From assembly GCA_013239625.1 (NCBI GenBank), contig MU053557.1, positions 1,929,063 to 1,993,062 on the forward strand: 64,000 nucleotides of DNA. The letters run 5' to 3'. The stretch is from Lama guanicoe (taxonomy: Eukaryota). Position numbers and translations under genes: made by a program. Numbering within the stretch: the stretch's first letter is position 1; the number at the start of each line of letters is the position of its first letter. Below the pieces are notes generated by a model, which saw nothing but the letters and a program-made list of their open reading frames with translations, was not told the DNA's origin and made no database searches. Shown here piece after piece: positions 13,335 to 26,691 of the stretch.

Positions 13335-15502
13335 TTGAGCTAAACTCTCCTCCCTTTCAGAGCCATTACTTTAAATTGTTGTGCTTAACAGCTACCCAAC
13401 ATTGCTGCAGAGTCAATATTTACCCTGGGTTGTTTTAGAGTTGGATTTGTTACTGAAAGATCATGACTTCCCAGCTCTCATTTCCTTATTTTAGCTAAGT
13501 ACCACCCTGACCACCTGTTTCAGTGGGTGGAGCAGCAAGAATCCATCCTGACCATCCTCAGACCAAAAGGGTGGCTGACAGTGGGATGTGGCATTGGATC
13601 AGATAACACAGAAAGCCGGGAATCAGATTGAGCAGAAACCAACCCCGGAACCTGGTCTCTAGAGTGCTATGTTTAAGCCCATTGTGCAGTGCAGCCGTGA
13701 AGGCTCGGTTATCTGATTTTATTAAGTTCCTGCTAATCATACTTTTACATAGATGCCAAGTTTGACACATGGCTTACGAAGGGCAAGCAGTCCAATATCA
13801 TAAACTGTGGCCTTGTACAAGGTTTATATAAACTATGATTTTGTCAATTCTAAACCTACAAATGAGATTTAGTTAAAAAGAGGTACTGTAAGCACAAGAC
13901 ACGGCCAAGTACCTAGGACACAATAAATACTCAATAAATGGTAACTATGATCATCTTCATCATTAATAGTGGCCTTTTTCTCTTAAAAGGAACATTCCAT
14001 AGGGCCAAAAGCATGGGGAATCAGAAGACCTGGGTTTTTTTTTTCTAATTTTGATTTTAGAGCTAAACTTTAATAGAATGTGGAAGTTTGAACTCTTACA
14101 CTTTTAAACAAACAAAACCTAAAAATCAGTGATTGGTTGAAAATGGTTTTATGGAAAAACAAATCCGTAACAAAAACTTGGCATTGAGTGTGAAGGCTTC
14201 ACTGTTTGAGCAAAGCGTACAGTTTCCCAGAAGACCTGGGTTTTATTCTCACTCTTCACCTAATGCCCTGATTATAGTGGGTGAGTCCCTTACAACTTGG
14301 CACTTAATTCTCCTCATTTGCCAAGTGGAAATGACCATACTACGCCTTTCTCCTCAAGGTTGTGGAGAAGATCCTATGATACAGAAGGTGATAATGTTTT
14401 GCAATGCATAAGTCACTCCACTAATGTTAGGAGTTGTTCATTCCAGTCCCCTTTAATATCAAAAAGAAACCTGGTATTAGCTTTGATAAATGTAGACATG
14501 CCCTTAATTATTCTTTCACCAATGCCAGCAAGGCCAGTACATTTGTCTGCTATAGATGTATTATCTGTTCCCCTAGGAAATTAACAATAAAAATGATTAG
14601 AGAGTAATTATCTAAACTTCACACTTTAAAGATGAAAACATAACCTGGTGTGCTATTCGTTAATAACCTGGTACATTATATAATTGGATTTCATCTTTTT
14701 TTTTTTTAAGGCATTCACGGTCCTGCTGGCAGAGAGCACACACACATCTATTAGTTTGTGGAAATCAGTGAATAATTCCCAGGTTCTTCTAGCTTAAAAG
14801 AAAATCATGTATGGGCTTTTGATTAACCCTGGTACTGGAGAAGATAACCGAAATTCACAGATAAAAATACATGTTTCAGTTGAACTATTAGCTCAAACGT
14901 CTTCCCCATGTAACATTTCGTCTGGCTAATTTGCTTTTCACCATTTCTTCCCAGGACTCCAACTACCCAGTGCTCAGGCTAATGAGCAATGGAAAGGCTA
15001 AATAAATAAATAAATAAATAAACACATTTTTAAAAAAGGAAGCAGCAGGAGGGAGATAAGAAATAAAACAAGACACGGAGAAACCACAAGCTAAATAATT
15101 GGCTGAAGTAAAATGAGCAAGCACCCTCAAACGCTTAGCTCTTTCAGGAAACAAAACAACCCATTGCCACATAATTTTCTACACCGGCAGTCTGGCAGCC
15201 TGAAAACCACTGCATCTCTATTTCATTTACTTACCGAGATAACCCAGCCAAAGACCCAATTATCATTTGTTGCCCTGGATGGAATTTGAATACTACCTAT
15301 GCTTACTGCATTTTCCAATAAGTAGTCAACCAGCATGTTATATTTTGTCCCAGAAATATTATTCTGATAGTGGCTTCACAGTTGGTGCACCTCTAGCTCT
15401 GGCTGGTACTGGAACATGAGCAGGATACAGATGGGAAACATTTAGGTGCTTCTCTAAACACATTTTCATCCTTAAAGCTTCTACGCCATGCGCAATACCA
15501 AC

Positions 15503-15838
15503 CTTATGGTCATTCGCCTTGTAATCATTGAAGAAAGGCTGGCTGCCTGCCAAAGTGTAGGCACTGCCCTCTCTAACCACGCTGATCCTCTGAGCAGTCA
15601 GCTTGGGGGAGCACGGTCGGGGCTTGGGGGCTTCCCCAGACCCGTAAACACCATCCATTGGTTCAAGGGCCTCTTGGAGAAAACTGTGAGGATATTCCTC
15701 CTTTGGCGACTCTAATTCCTGTCCATCTTCAAAGACCTGCTTCAACACCCGGCCACTGTAGGAGGAAGAGATTTTAAAGCGTATTTTCCGGGGTTTGCTG
15801 TCACTCTTCTGGCTCAGCTTCTTCTCGGGATCCTCCAT
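15503..15838 (-). CDS. GRXCR2: GRXCR2 coding exon 1 (112 aa); glutaredoxin and cysteine-rich domain containing 2, a hair-cell stereocilia protein
   Basis: ATG at 15838; MEDPEKKLSQKSDSKPRKIRFKISSSYSGRVLKQVFEDGQELESPKEEYPHSF...NDYKANDHK; donor AAG|GTTGGT. The three exons (336+222+183 nt) join in frame to 246 aa. Confidence 0.97.
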
Positions 15839-16000
15839 GAGCAGAAATTTCACCCTGTGGTTTCCAGGCTTCCGTGGAGCCAGTGGAACTTGGGGCTCTG
15901 AGAAAAAGGCATTTTATTTTCTCTCCTCCTGCATATAATTAATTCAGGTTGGTGCTGGGGTATGCTCAGTTTACAGCAACTGACACCCACACATTAAATA
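15839..16000 (-). promoter_or_regulatory. GRXCR2: GRXCR2 5'UTR / proximal promoter (no CpG island)
   Basis: Immediately upstream of the ATG; AT-rich element ATAATTAAT (15935-15943); TSS not determinable. Confidence 0.4.
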
Positions 16001-16899
16001 TTGATAGGCCCTCATGCAAAGGCAGGCAGTTGCAGGCTGGTGGAATGGATGGAGCGTAAGACAAGACTGGGTCCCCTCTGAATCCCAAACCCACCAATAA
16101 CTTCTCCCCAACCCTGGCTTTTCTTACCATGAACATGAGTAGGTTTATTTAGACTGAATAAGTAACCGGTTCAATAAGGATCAGTTAGCAAGTGTCTTGT
16201 TATTTTTACTAACAACTGACGTAGTGAACATTTCATGGGTGCCAGAGATTTTTACATGCAATATCTTTGTTCTCACAATAAAACTACAACGAGAGTGTTA
16301 TTGTCCCCATTTTACAGAGGGGAAAGTAAGGCTCAGAGCAGTTTCCCCATTTCTCTGCTCTATTGTACAGTCAAGGAACAGAGCCAAGATCTGAACTCAG
16401 TTCTAACTGATACCAAAACCCATGACCAGTCCACCAAGCTGGAGGTTTTCAAACTGTGCCTCTTGGAGCCCTGACAGGAGGAAGACACGGGTCATGGATT
16501 CTGCGCCTTCTACCCCTTACTTAGCCAGAGCAGCTTCACTTTATATCAATTTTATACTTAAGATTTCATTTGCAAGCACAGCATGAGGCCCCACTGCCTA
16601 CTGCAGACAGAGCCTGGTGAATGCCTAACACTGGGACATGGTCGCTGGGATGAATATCAGAGAAGCACAAGATGTGGGGCTTGAAATGCACAGCCCTACA
16701 ATCCAGCTTAGGAAACAAACCTAACACACATGAAATCATAGCCTCCTGCTTAGGGAGCAAACCATCCACTGCTGACTGCCAGAAGAGCTATTCTGGGAAG
16801 AGAGCGGTCCCTCGGGAGACAAGCATGGAAGAAGAAGGCTTGTAAAGGAAGAGCCCTTGCATTGGGTCTCAAAGAACAGCTGAAATGGTGGGGGTTAAG

Positions 16900-17635
16900 C
16901 CTGCCTCCCTGTCTCAGTTAATGACATCATCAGGGACTTAACTGCCCACATGGACTTCTCTTGTACTCCCGCAGCCGTTCCTATGGATTCTATCACCACT
17001 GCCTTCTTCCATCCACCCCTAACCCCCAGGCCCCAGGTCAAGCCCTCATCACTTCTGCTTTCAGAGTTGCAGTGACCTCCTGACAACTTCTCCACCCGTC
17101 CACAAGTCCATCCTCCACATAGACGCCAGAGCAATGCTTCCAAAACACAAGTCAGTGGATGTCAGTCTCCCGCATAAGAAGTCCGAACTCCTCATGAAGC
17201 CAGCAAAGATCCTCGAAACCTAACCCTGCCTTCCTTCCCAAACTGGTCCTCCATCACTCTTCCAGGTGCTGCCAGGAATTGGTGTTCCAGGCATAGTGAC
17301 AAGCTCAGCTACTTCTCAAAACCATGAGTTTCTGCCTCCTATCCAATACGTACTCTGTTTCTTGAATGAAATGTCAAGCTTCTACATATCCTTCAAGTCA
17401 CACCTGAGATGTCACTGCTCCTGGGGTGCCTTCCCACCTGCCCCAGGGAGAAGGCCATGGACATTTGGAAGCATCATTAAGTGCTTCTTGCTTCCCCTTA
17501 TCATTCCTGCGGTCCCCTCCAGTAAACTGTGGACATCTTAGAGTCAGAAGCTGCCTTCACCATTTCTCCATCCCAGGTGCTTATCAAAGTGCCTGGTATT
17601 TAACAGAACTCAGTTAATAATGGCTGAATGAATGA
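16900..17635 (+). mobile_element. L2 LINE fragment
   Basis: L2-like pyrimidine-rich body ending GTGCCTGGTATT...GGCTGAATGAATGA. Confidence 0.55.
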
Positions 17636-18919
17636 CTTCCAGGTGACAGAAATCAAATAGAGAAAACATTTGGAACAGAATTTGAGCGTATTTTGTGGAG
17701 AAGACTGAAGAAGTAGGGTCAGAAAGTTGTCAAGAAAAACACCTGCATTTCTATTAAGGAGGGGTTCACAGTTATAAGGCCTCTGTGCAATCAATACAAG
17801 CAAGGAAAAGATTAAACACACACATATACACACAGAAATAACATTTTAAAATATGAAAGATAGGCTCTTCGTAACACAGGAAGATACATTCCTCTCAGAT
17901 CCCTAGGACACAGAGCTGGCCCTGATGTACCATGAATGGATCACGGGAGGCTGAAATGTGGATCCCTGCGCCCTCAGAACAGCCAGGTGAGGCCCCGGGC
18001 TTCGAGGTGATCACCTCTGATTCCATCAGCCTCATTCATTTACTCCAGTGTAAACAAAAGAGTACCATTATTTTCTACGTGCACCACGCCATGAAGAAGT
18101 TTGCCGTGATAAACGAAGAGAATATTTTCTTCCATCCATCCCAGGAAACAAGTATTAAAAAGTGACTGAAAGTCTGCCTTCACTCGGAAAGACCAGTGAG
18201 TGGACTTCCACTGCTACTCATTAAATAGGCATTTTCGGTTGCCCAAGGAATAAACACCATTAGCAAAGGTAGCTTTTCAAAAGGGTAGACTTCAACCAGA
18301 GCCTATGCATTCAGGCATTTTTGCGCAATTGTGCTTTTGACGATTCATTAAATTTAAATTAAGTTAGAATTTTGAACACAACCGAATTGAATAGGATCCT
18401 GACTATGAAAAAAAGAATCCTTTAATTATGCAAAGAAATCAAAAGCTGGCAATGAGTTTTCCAAGTAACACGAGTTTTGTATGTTTTTATGCCCAGTCCT
18501 ATGTTCACAGACATTCAGTGAGCCAGACCAAAATCATGAATTTTGAAGTGATGGTGCTTACTTGATAATTTTAATGTTAACTGTTTTCAGAAAAGTCACA
18601 CACACTTCCAGAAGGAGGATAAATTGATAAATTGAAAGCAATTCTGGCAGTATTATCCAAAGCCTTAGAAAGGTTTGCATCCTTGAACCTTACTAAGAAA
18701 GAAAATGACTGCATAAATCAGAAGAAATCATGCCAAAAACCTCAGCATCAGTTGCCCCCAGGTGGAAGACTCTGAATGACTATTTTTTCCTTCCTAGTTT
18801 CATTATATTTTACTTGTCTGTGATAAGCTTATCTTACTTTGAAATAAACAGGGGGAACATAAATGGACAAAAATTCATTACTTTCAACCCGATAATTTCT
18901 CTCAAGCAGATGTGTGTAT

Positions 18920-21900
18920 TTTTTTTAATTTTAAGAGTTTGTGTGAGAAAATTGATCCAAATCAGGCAACACCAATGTAGAAGTTAGAAGTGGTGAGGAA
19001 GCTCCACCACCAGGGGCTTGGAGAGAGACTTTTATAGAGAAAAGGCAGAAGCAAAATAAGGAAATCACTGATTTGGCTACAGCTTAAAACCTAGCTGGCT
19101 GTTTGTGATTGGTTGTCCTTAGCGTTTTGATTTCGTATCCATGAGGTATTCACGGGCTGTGAATGAAAAATACTGCTTGCCATATCAATAAACAAAGGAT
19201 TTTGCAGCCATCAAGCTACCACACTGCAGCCTCCCCAAAGGTGCCACCATCAAGCCATCAGCCATGGTAACCACTCCCAATGTACCCCCTGAGGAGACTC
19301 AGGCTGAGACACACTGGATACTGGCCCTCAATCAAAGCAACGATTCCAATGAGCCCAGACTTCTGCAACTTCTCATATATAGAAAAATACTAAATGCCTT
19401 AACTTGAGCTATCTGGTTTTCTTTAATTAACAATAATCTTTTTTTTTTGACATGGTATTTCTTTTTTTTTTTAATTGAAGTACAGTCGATTTACAATGTT
19501 ACGTTAATTTCTGGTGTGCAGCACAGTGATTCAGTTATACATAGATACACGCACCCCTTTTCATTCTTTTTCATGATAGGCCACCACAAGCTATTGAAGA
19601 TAGTTCCCTGTGCTCTACAGTAGGACATACAATAATTTAGGACAATAACAGGATAGTACTGTCAAATTTCTAGGATACTTAAACAATTTTTGGAGTACCT
19701 ATATTGCAACATATATCCAAAAACATAGCACCTAAGAAGGTGTATCACCACTTATTATCTGACAATACTTCCCACATAATTTAACATATCATATAAACAT
19801 AATTCGTTTAACATCTCTTTTACCAGGTGAGAGACACATCCTTGGAGGTTTTCCAGGGTTCCTCTGGGAAATTTCAAAGTTATTTCGAGGTCCAAAAGAC
19901 TGCATTTATAATTTGATTTGGGGAAGTTGTCAAAATGTCAAAAGGTTTGGACATTTGACTAAACAAGACCTCAGATCACTATGAAATAATACTTAATTAT
20001 CAATTTAAATAAATTGACAATAGGTTACCTAGTTGTGAACAAAACTTCGCTCTATCACTATTGAGATGACTGGGTTTTCTTAAGTAATAAGAGATCCAAT
20101 AAAGACGAAATGAAGCACAGGAAAGGATTTTGGAAGACTCCAAACCTTTGCTTTCCAGGTGGATTACCCAAAAGGTAACCAACAACAGCAACCTTTCACA
20201 ATCAAGAGCCGACCGACATTCCAAGAACACTTTGCAAAGAGAGAAGGACAAACTCTAATTTTATATACTTTTCATATTAAAATTCATCCTTAAAAATTTA
20301 AATAAATCCATTCTCATTTTAGTCAGCTTGACCATACATAAAATTCCTTCTCCAAGGTTCCTTTTCCACTAACCTTCTACAATATTTTTATATCCATTCA
20401 GGTCTTGCCCTGTGTTTTTCTCTTCCTAACTCTGGAACAACCGGTCAGTCTATTTTCCTGTCTACTTTTAACACAATTGTTCCTTTTCACACAATTGTTC
20501 CTTTACGCTCTGATTTTTCTAAGTAGCGTAATTACATATACTGATTAGAATCCTTAACCCTTAGAACCCTTTATTTCTAGTGAAAGCTAAGAAGTAAGCG
20601 ATTGTGAACCATCTGCTACACAGCATTCTTTGGACTGGCAAATTTGTAAACACATTTCACAATTTCTACAAGTATATTCTTCCTCATAGTAAAATTTTGA
20701 ATGTGTTACAGAACATATTTACTAATACACACAAACATCTATAGTTCTCTGTAAAAGGAAATCAAAAGTGGATAAATCTATGTCGGTAATTTATATTTCA
20801 GTATTTTTCCTTATTTGGAAGTGATCTAGATACTCAACGAATATCCATCATTTAAATAATCTCATAACTGTAAGGTTTCAGTTACCAAAAATATTTTGGA
20901 AATTACTTTTAAGTAGACATACCTAAAGCATTATTATTGTTGAAAAGTTCACTTTTAGGGTTTAACCTCACTCACAGCTATTTAATTCACTTGTTTTAAC
21001 AATTATGTTTAGATTACTCATGAAAACTTCATGAGACATTAAGTAGCTAGCCATCATCTTAAGCTATCTTTCTTGCTGACAAATTCTGTAACAGAGATAA
21101 CATGAGCTTATTTGACTTCTAGTAAACCTAGGTAGAATGAAAGAATTATTTTTAATGCTGTAACTCTGAAGACATGCCTATTTTAATTAAACCAACAAGC
21201 TTCAACTAGCTTCTACTTGCCAAAGATTATCCTACATCACATGAACTTGAAAAACATTTGGGTTAGCTTCTACATTTCTGAGCGTAGACTTGATTTATAT
21301 CAATGTTTGTCTTTAAGCCAGTTGAACAGTTCTTTACAAATTACTTTTGGCAATACTATTAGGAGGTCGAAAATATCAAACATCTATAACACACATACAT
21401 ACACATACATAAACATACAGATGAATGCAGAGATCTTATAGCTTTTACTTTTAAATTTTAGCCATAAGACAGGTACAGTAATAGAATACTCACTGGTTTA
21501 TAAAAGAACAGTTGGATCCAAATTGTGTTTCTGGCAGATAGGATAAGTTGCAGTTACCTCTCAGATGGCTAAGGCTTTTACTAATATTTATTAAAAGACT
21601 TTAAGAGTTTTCATTCACTTAATTTCCAAGTATCTTTTATTTTCTGGATCAGAATTACCGCTCTTGTAGTTTGCATCTCAAGAGATGGCTCTAGGTTCCT
21701 AGAGAAGACCAGGTGGAACATTTACATCTCAAAGGCTCAGAGAAAGGATGTAAGTATCTCCAAGAAGGGCTTTCCCCCCTAGATCTATTATCTTCTACAG
21801 TATCTGCAAGGCTTTTGACATGAAAAGTGGAGATTCTGGGATTGGTAAAAAGGATAGGTGGCTTGGAATCATTCCTAGAGTTGAATTTCTGTTCTTGTAA

Positions 21901-23020
21901 AGGCTCAATTTGTAAGACAAATACAGTTGTTTTTAATTCCTCAAAGAACTGGATTGCAACTTGAATGAATGACATCAGGAGGCTGAAGCAGCCATCCAAC
22001 TACATTATGCTCTATTTGCTTCTTTATATCAATAGAAGATCTTCAACTAAGATGGGAGATCAAGAGTCCTACATTCTAGATTTAGACCTGTGTGTCTCTG
22101 GAATACAACTCCTTCCACAATGGCTTCTGAATGTTTTTCTTTCCATCTGGATACATAGTTTCATTAGTTTAAGGGAGAAGGTCTAAAACAAAAGTTCTTA
22201 TCAGGCTCTGAACATCAGCTTCCAATTTGGCCAAGTTCTGAGCAAAGAACTACTTAAAAAAAAAAAATCCTTGCAAATATTTTTTCAGGTTTCAGCTGGG
22301 ACAAATAGTAAATATTCCTGGCAGTATTGAACAATCTCTTGGATGAAGACGGATCCCCAAAGAGGGTGCAAAAGATACCACCTTCCCAAGATCCAGAGCC
22401 ACTCCCAAAAGGAAAAAGGACTTAGACAATTTCCCTGAGAGCTGACAACAGTTGGAAGGACCCTAGCTGCAAAAGGGGTGCAACCCACAGCTCTATCCAG
22501 TCATATTTAACCCGGTCCAGATTAAGTCACAACCAGTCCAACCTTGGACCCAGTCTAATGTAGGTACAGTCCAACTCCAGCAGTTTCCAGAGAGAAAAGT
22601 TCAAATAAAGTCTGAAAGTTTATAATGCAAATGATATGGATGGAGGATGGAGGAAACTTACTCACCAGCTCTAGGGGTGGCAGGAAAGCAGCAACTGAAG
22701 ATGCTCCACAGGCGCCTTCCCTGCTGTTGGTCGTTGCTCCTGGGGGCCCGCCCCCCGAGAGTCTCCTTGGGTTCTCCTGTCACCACACCTGAAAAGATAC
22801 ATTGAGGCATATTAAACATTTTGAAGTTTTTTTTTTTAATTGAAGTACAGTCAGTTACAATGCGTCCATTTCTGGTGCATAGCACAATGTTCCAGTCATG
22901 CATATACATACATATATTCATTTTCATGTTCTTTTAAAAAAAACTTTAAGAGTTTATCTGAGCAAAAATCAGTTTGAATCTAGCAGTGCCAAACCGGAAG
23001 TGATTAGGAGCACTCCTAAG
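18920..23020 (-). mobile_element. Degenerate ERV1-like (MER4-group-like) provirus remnant with nested LTR and L1 pieces
   Basis: Similar LTR-like segments at ~18928 (TTTTAAGAGTTTGTGTGAGAAAA) and ~22944 (TTTAAGAGTTTATCTGAGCAAAA); PBS-like TGGTGAC on the minus strand beside a TG..CA LTR edge near 22790; AT-rich non-coding internal region; L1 3' fragments at ~19460-19625 and ~22827-22935. Confidence 0.5.
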
Positions 23021-23604
23021 GAGAACATTTTAAGTGGAGAGAAATATTTATAGAGACAAATGTTCTCTATAACATTATTCACAATGGGAAAAAAACTGAA
23101 AACTTAAATATTTAACAGTAGGAATGCCACAAAATGAAAGAGCGCATAGTCATTTTTTAAAAAATTTACAGAGTTTGAAATAATATGGGAAAATACTTAT
23201 GAAACAAATTAAGTGGGAAAAGTTGTCACCAAAATGTTTTTGGTCTGTGATAGAGAATTTACTACATAAAATTGTAAAGGAGAAAAGACTCAAAGTTAAT
23301 CCTTTAAAATGTTAAAAATGGTTCTGTCTGAGAAGGTGATTAGAGGTGATGTTTATTTTATTTTTTATATTTTTCTATATTTTTTCCAAATTTCTCATAA
23401 TTAGTATTGTTATTAACATTACAAAAAAAACCTGTTTTCTTTTAAGGTAAACTGTGCCTAAAATTTAAGATACAGATGAATTTATGCAATTGGCTGCAGA
23501 CAATGAAATCTGCAACTTCTGTCATTTTCCCTCTGGATGAATACAACTAATAGGAAATCACATCATTTTATTGTAAAAAAAAATGTATTTTTTCATATCA
23601 TTTT

Positions 23605-24846
23605 TTCCATTCTTTTTTATTGAAAGTATAGTCAGTTTACAATGTTGTGTCAAGTTCTGGTGTACAGCACAATGTTTCAGTCATACACAAACATACATAT
23701 ATTTGTTTTCATATTCTTTTTCATTACAGGTTACTACAAGATATTGAATGTAGTTCCCTGTGCTATACAGTATAAACTTGTTGTTTATCTATTTTATATA
23801 GTAGTTACTATCTGCAAACTTGGGACTCTCAATTTATCCCTACCCACTCCCTTCCCCCCGGTAATCATAAGTTTTTCTCTGTGTCTGTGAGTCTGTTTCT
23901 ATTTTGTAAATAAGTTCATGTCTTTTTTTCAGGTTCCACATGTAAGTGATATCATATGGTGTTTTTATTTCTCTTTCTGGCTTGCTTCACTTAGAACGAC
24001 AATCTCCAGGTCCACCCATGTTGCTACAAATGACATTATTTTATTCTTTTTTATAGCTGAGTAATATTCCATTGTATAAATATACCACAACATCTTTGTC
24101 CAGTCATCTGTTGATAGACATTTAGGTTGTTTCCATATTTTGGCTATTGTAAATAGTGCTGCTGTGAACATTGGGGTGCAGGTGTCATTTTGAATTGTAT
24201 TTTTCTCCAGATACATGCCCAGGAGTGGGATTGCTGGATCATATAGTAAGTTTATTTTTAGGTTTTTAAGGAATCTTCATACTGTCCTCCACAGTGGCTG
24301 CACCAATTTACATTCCCATCAATAGTGTAGGAGGGTTCCTTTTTCTCCACAACCTCTCCAGCATTTATTTGTAGACTTCTTAATGATGGCTGTTCTGACT
24401 GGTGTGAGATGATACCTCACTGTAGTTTTGATTTGCATTTCTCTAACAACTAGCGATGGTGAACATCTTTTCATGTGCTTATTGGCCATCTGGATGTCTT
24501 CTTTGGAGAGATGTCTATTTAGGTCTTCTGCCCACTTTTTGATTGGGTTGCTTGTTTTTTTGATATTAAGGTATATGAGCTGTTTGTATATTTTGGAAAT
24601 TAGTTCCTTGTCAGTCACATCATTTGCAAATATTTTCTCCCATTCTGTAGGCTGTCTTTTCATTTTGTTGATAGTATACTTAGCTGTGCAAAAGCTTTTT
24701 AATTAGGTCCCATTTGTTTATTTTTGCTTTTATTTCCATTACTTTAGCAGCTGGTTCGAAAAAAATATTGCTGCAATTTATGTCAGAGTGTTCTATGTTT
24801 TACTCTACAAGTTTTACAGTATCTGGTCTTACCTTTAGGTCTTTAA
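23605..24846 (-). mobile_element. 5'-truncated L1 (ORF2 C-terminus + 3'UTR)
   Basis: ORF2-like peptides [15 protein letters not shown]...[12 protein letters not shown] and TCTPMFTAALFTIAKIWKQPKC; near-identical flanks TTTTCATA(T/C)CATTTT at ~23590-23604 and ~24847-24861. Confidence 0.92.
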
Positions 24847-25239
24847 TTTTCATACCATTTTAATACAAAAAAAAGTGACTTTAACTTGAGTCAAACTTAA
24901 GGTAGAATCATTTACTCAGGATTGTATCCAGTCACAGAAAATTCTGATGGGTTTTTGAAAGTAGAGATGACTTAAGAAACAAAATTAATCAATTATAATC
25001 TCATATGGGGCTTATTACCTTTTTTATTGAAGTATAGTTGATTTGCAGTGTTTCAGGTATACAGCAAAGTGATTCAATTATACATCTATTTTTTTCAGAT
25101 TCTTTTTCATTGTAGGCTATTACAAGATATCAAATATAGTTCCCTGTGCTATACAGTACATCCTTGTTTTTTTGTTTTTGTTTTGGTTTTGGTTTTGGTT
25201 GGGGGATTTATTTATTTATTTTAACAATTAGGAGTAAGA

Positions 25240-25444
25240 GTTGCACTGTCTGATATAATAGTCTCTAGCCACAGGTAGCTAGATACATTAAAATTAAAAA
25301 TAAAGAAAATTTAAAAATTCAGTTCCTCAGTTACACTATCTCCATTTCCAGGGCTCAGCAGCCACTTGCGTTGGACAATATTGTATTGGTCAGTGCAGAT
25401 ATAGACATTACCATCACCATAGAGAGTTCTATTGGACAGCCCTG
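25240..25444 (-). mobile_element. MER3 (hAT-Charlie MITE), near full length
   Basis: Reverse complement CAGGGCTGTCCAATAGAACTCTCT...ATATCTGCACTG...ACTGAGGAACTGAATTTTTAA matches the recalled MER3 consensus. Confidence 0.75.
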
Positions 25445-25449
25445 GTCTA

Positions 25450-25540
25450 AGGTACAGGCTTTGGAATTGAGCAGACTTGAGTTGGCATCTCATGTGACTG
25501 TGTGACCTTGGACAAGTCACTTGCCCTCTCTAAGTCTCAG
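25450..25540 (+). mobile_element. MIR fragment
   Basis: CTGTGTGACCTTGGACAAGTCACTTGCCCTCTCTAAGTCTCAG core. Confidence 0.75.
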
Positions 25541-25542
25541 GG

Positions 25543-26346
25543 TTTTTTTTAAAATTTTTTTTCATTGAGTTATAGTCATTTTACAATGTTGTGTCAATTT
25601 CCAGTGTAGAGCACAATTTTTCAGTTATACATGAACATACATATGTTCATTGTCACATTTTTTTCATTGTGAGCTACCACAAGATCTTGTCTATATTTCC
25701 CTGTGCTATACAGTATAATCTTGTTTATCTATTCTACATATGCCTGTCAGTATCTACAAATTTTGAACTCCCAGTCTGTCCCTTCCCACCCTCCGGCCCC
25801 TTGGCAACCACAAGTCTGTATTCTACGTCTATGAGTCTGTTTCTGTTTTGTATTTATGTTCTTTTCTTTTTTTTAAGATTCCACATATGAGCGATCTCAT
25901 ATGGTATTTTTCTTTCTCTTTCTGGCTTACTCCACTTACAATGACATCCTCCAGGGACATCCATGTTGCTGCAAATGGTGTTATGTTGTCGTTTTATGGC
26001 TAAATAGTATTCCATTGTATAAATATACCACAGCTTCTTTATCCAGTTATCTGTTGAATTTAGGCTGTTGTCTTGGCTATTGTAAACAGTGTTGCTATGA
26101 ACATTGGGGTGCAGGTATCTTTTTGAAGTAGGGTTCCTTCTGGATATATGCCCAGGAGCAGGATTCCTGGGTCATATGGTAAGTATATTCCTAGTCTTTT
26201 GAGGAATCTCCATACTATTCTCCACAGTGGCTGTACCAACCTGCATTCCCACCAGTAGTGTAGGAGGATTCCCTTTTCTCCACAGCCTCTCCAGCATTTG
26301 TCATTTGTGGACTTTTGAATGATGGCCATTCTGGCTGGTGTGAGGT
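25543..26346 (-). mobile_element. Nested 5'-truncated younger L1 with its own poly(A)
   Basis: ORF2-like [25 protein letters not shown]...DTCTPMFIATLFTIAKT; T-rich tail at 25543-25562. Confidence 0.9.
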
Positions 26347-26652
26347 TACAGTACATCCTTGTTGTTTATCTATTTTATGTATAGTGGTGTGTAACTGTTA
26401 ATCCTGAATTCCTAATTTACCCTCTCCCCTCCCTTCCCCTTTACAACCATGTTTGTTTTCTACATCTGTGAGTCTGTTTCTGCTTTGTGAAAGTTGTTTT
26501 GTGTCTTTTTTTTAGATTCCACATATAAGTGATATCATATATCTGTCTTTTGCTGTCTGACTTACTTCACTTAGGATGATAATCTCTAGGTCCATCCATG
26601 CTGCTGCAAATGGCATTATTTCATTCTTTTTTATGGCTGAGTAGTAGTCCAT

Positions 26653-26691
<39 letters not shown>

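Noticed and set aside
15359..15502. ORF continuation VGIAHGVEAL... after GRXCR2 exon 1, and similar run-ons at exons 2 and 3
   Set aside because: Intronic read-through past clear GT/AG splice sites.
15839..15853. N-terminal extension MKFLL of the GRXCR2 ORF
   Set aside because: The ORF caller started at a GTG; homology begins at the ATG at 15838.
20471..20504. 18-bp-period tandem duplication ACACAATTGTTCCTTT
   Set aside because: Ordinary slippage inside an ERV-like remnant.
23965..24663. ORFs resembling a real protein
   Set aside because: Frameshifted C-terminal L1 ORF2 fragments in a 5'-truncated copy.
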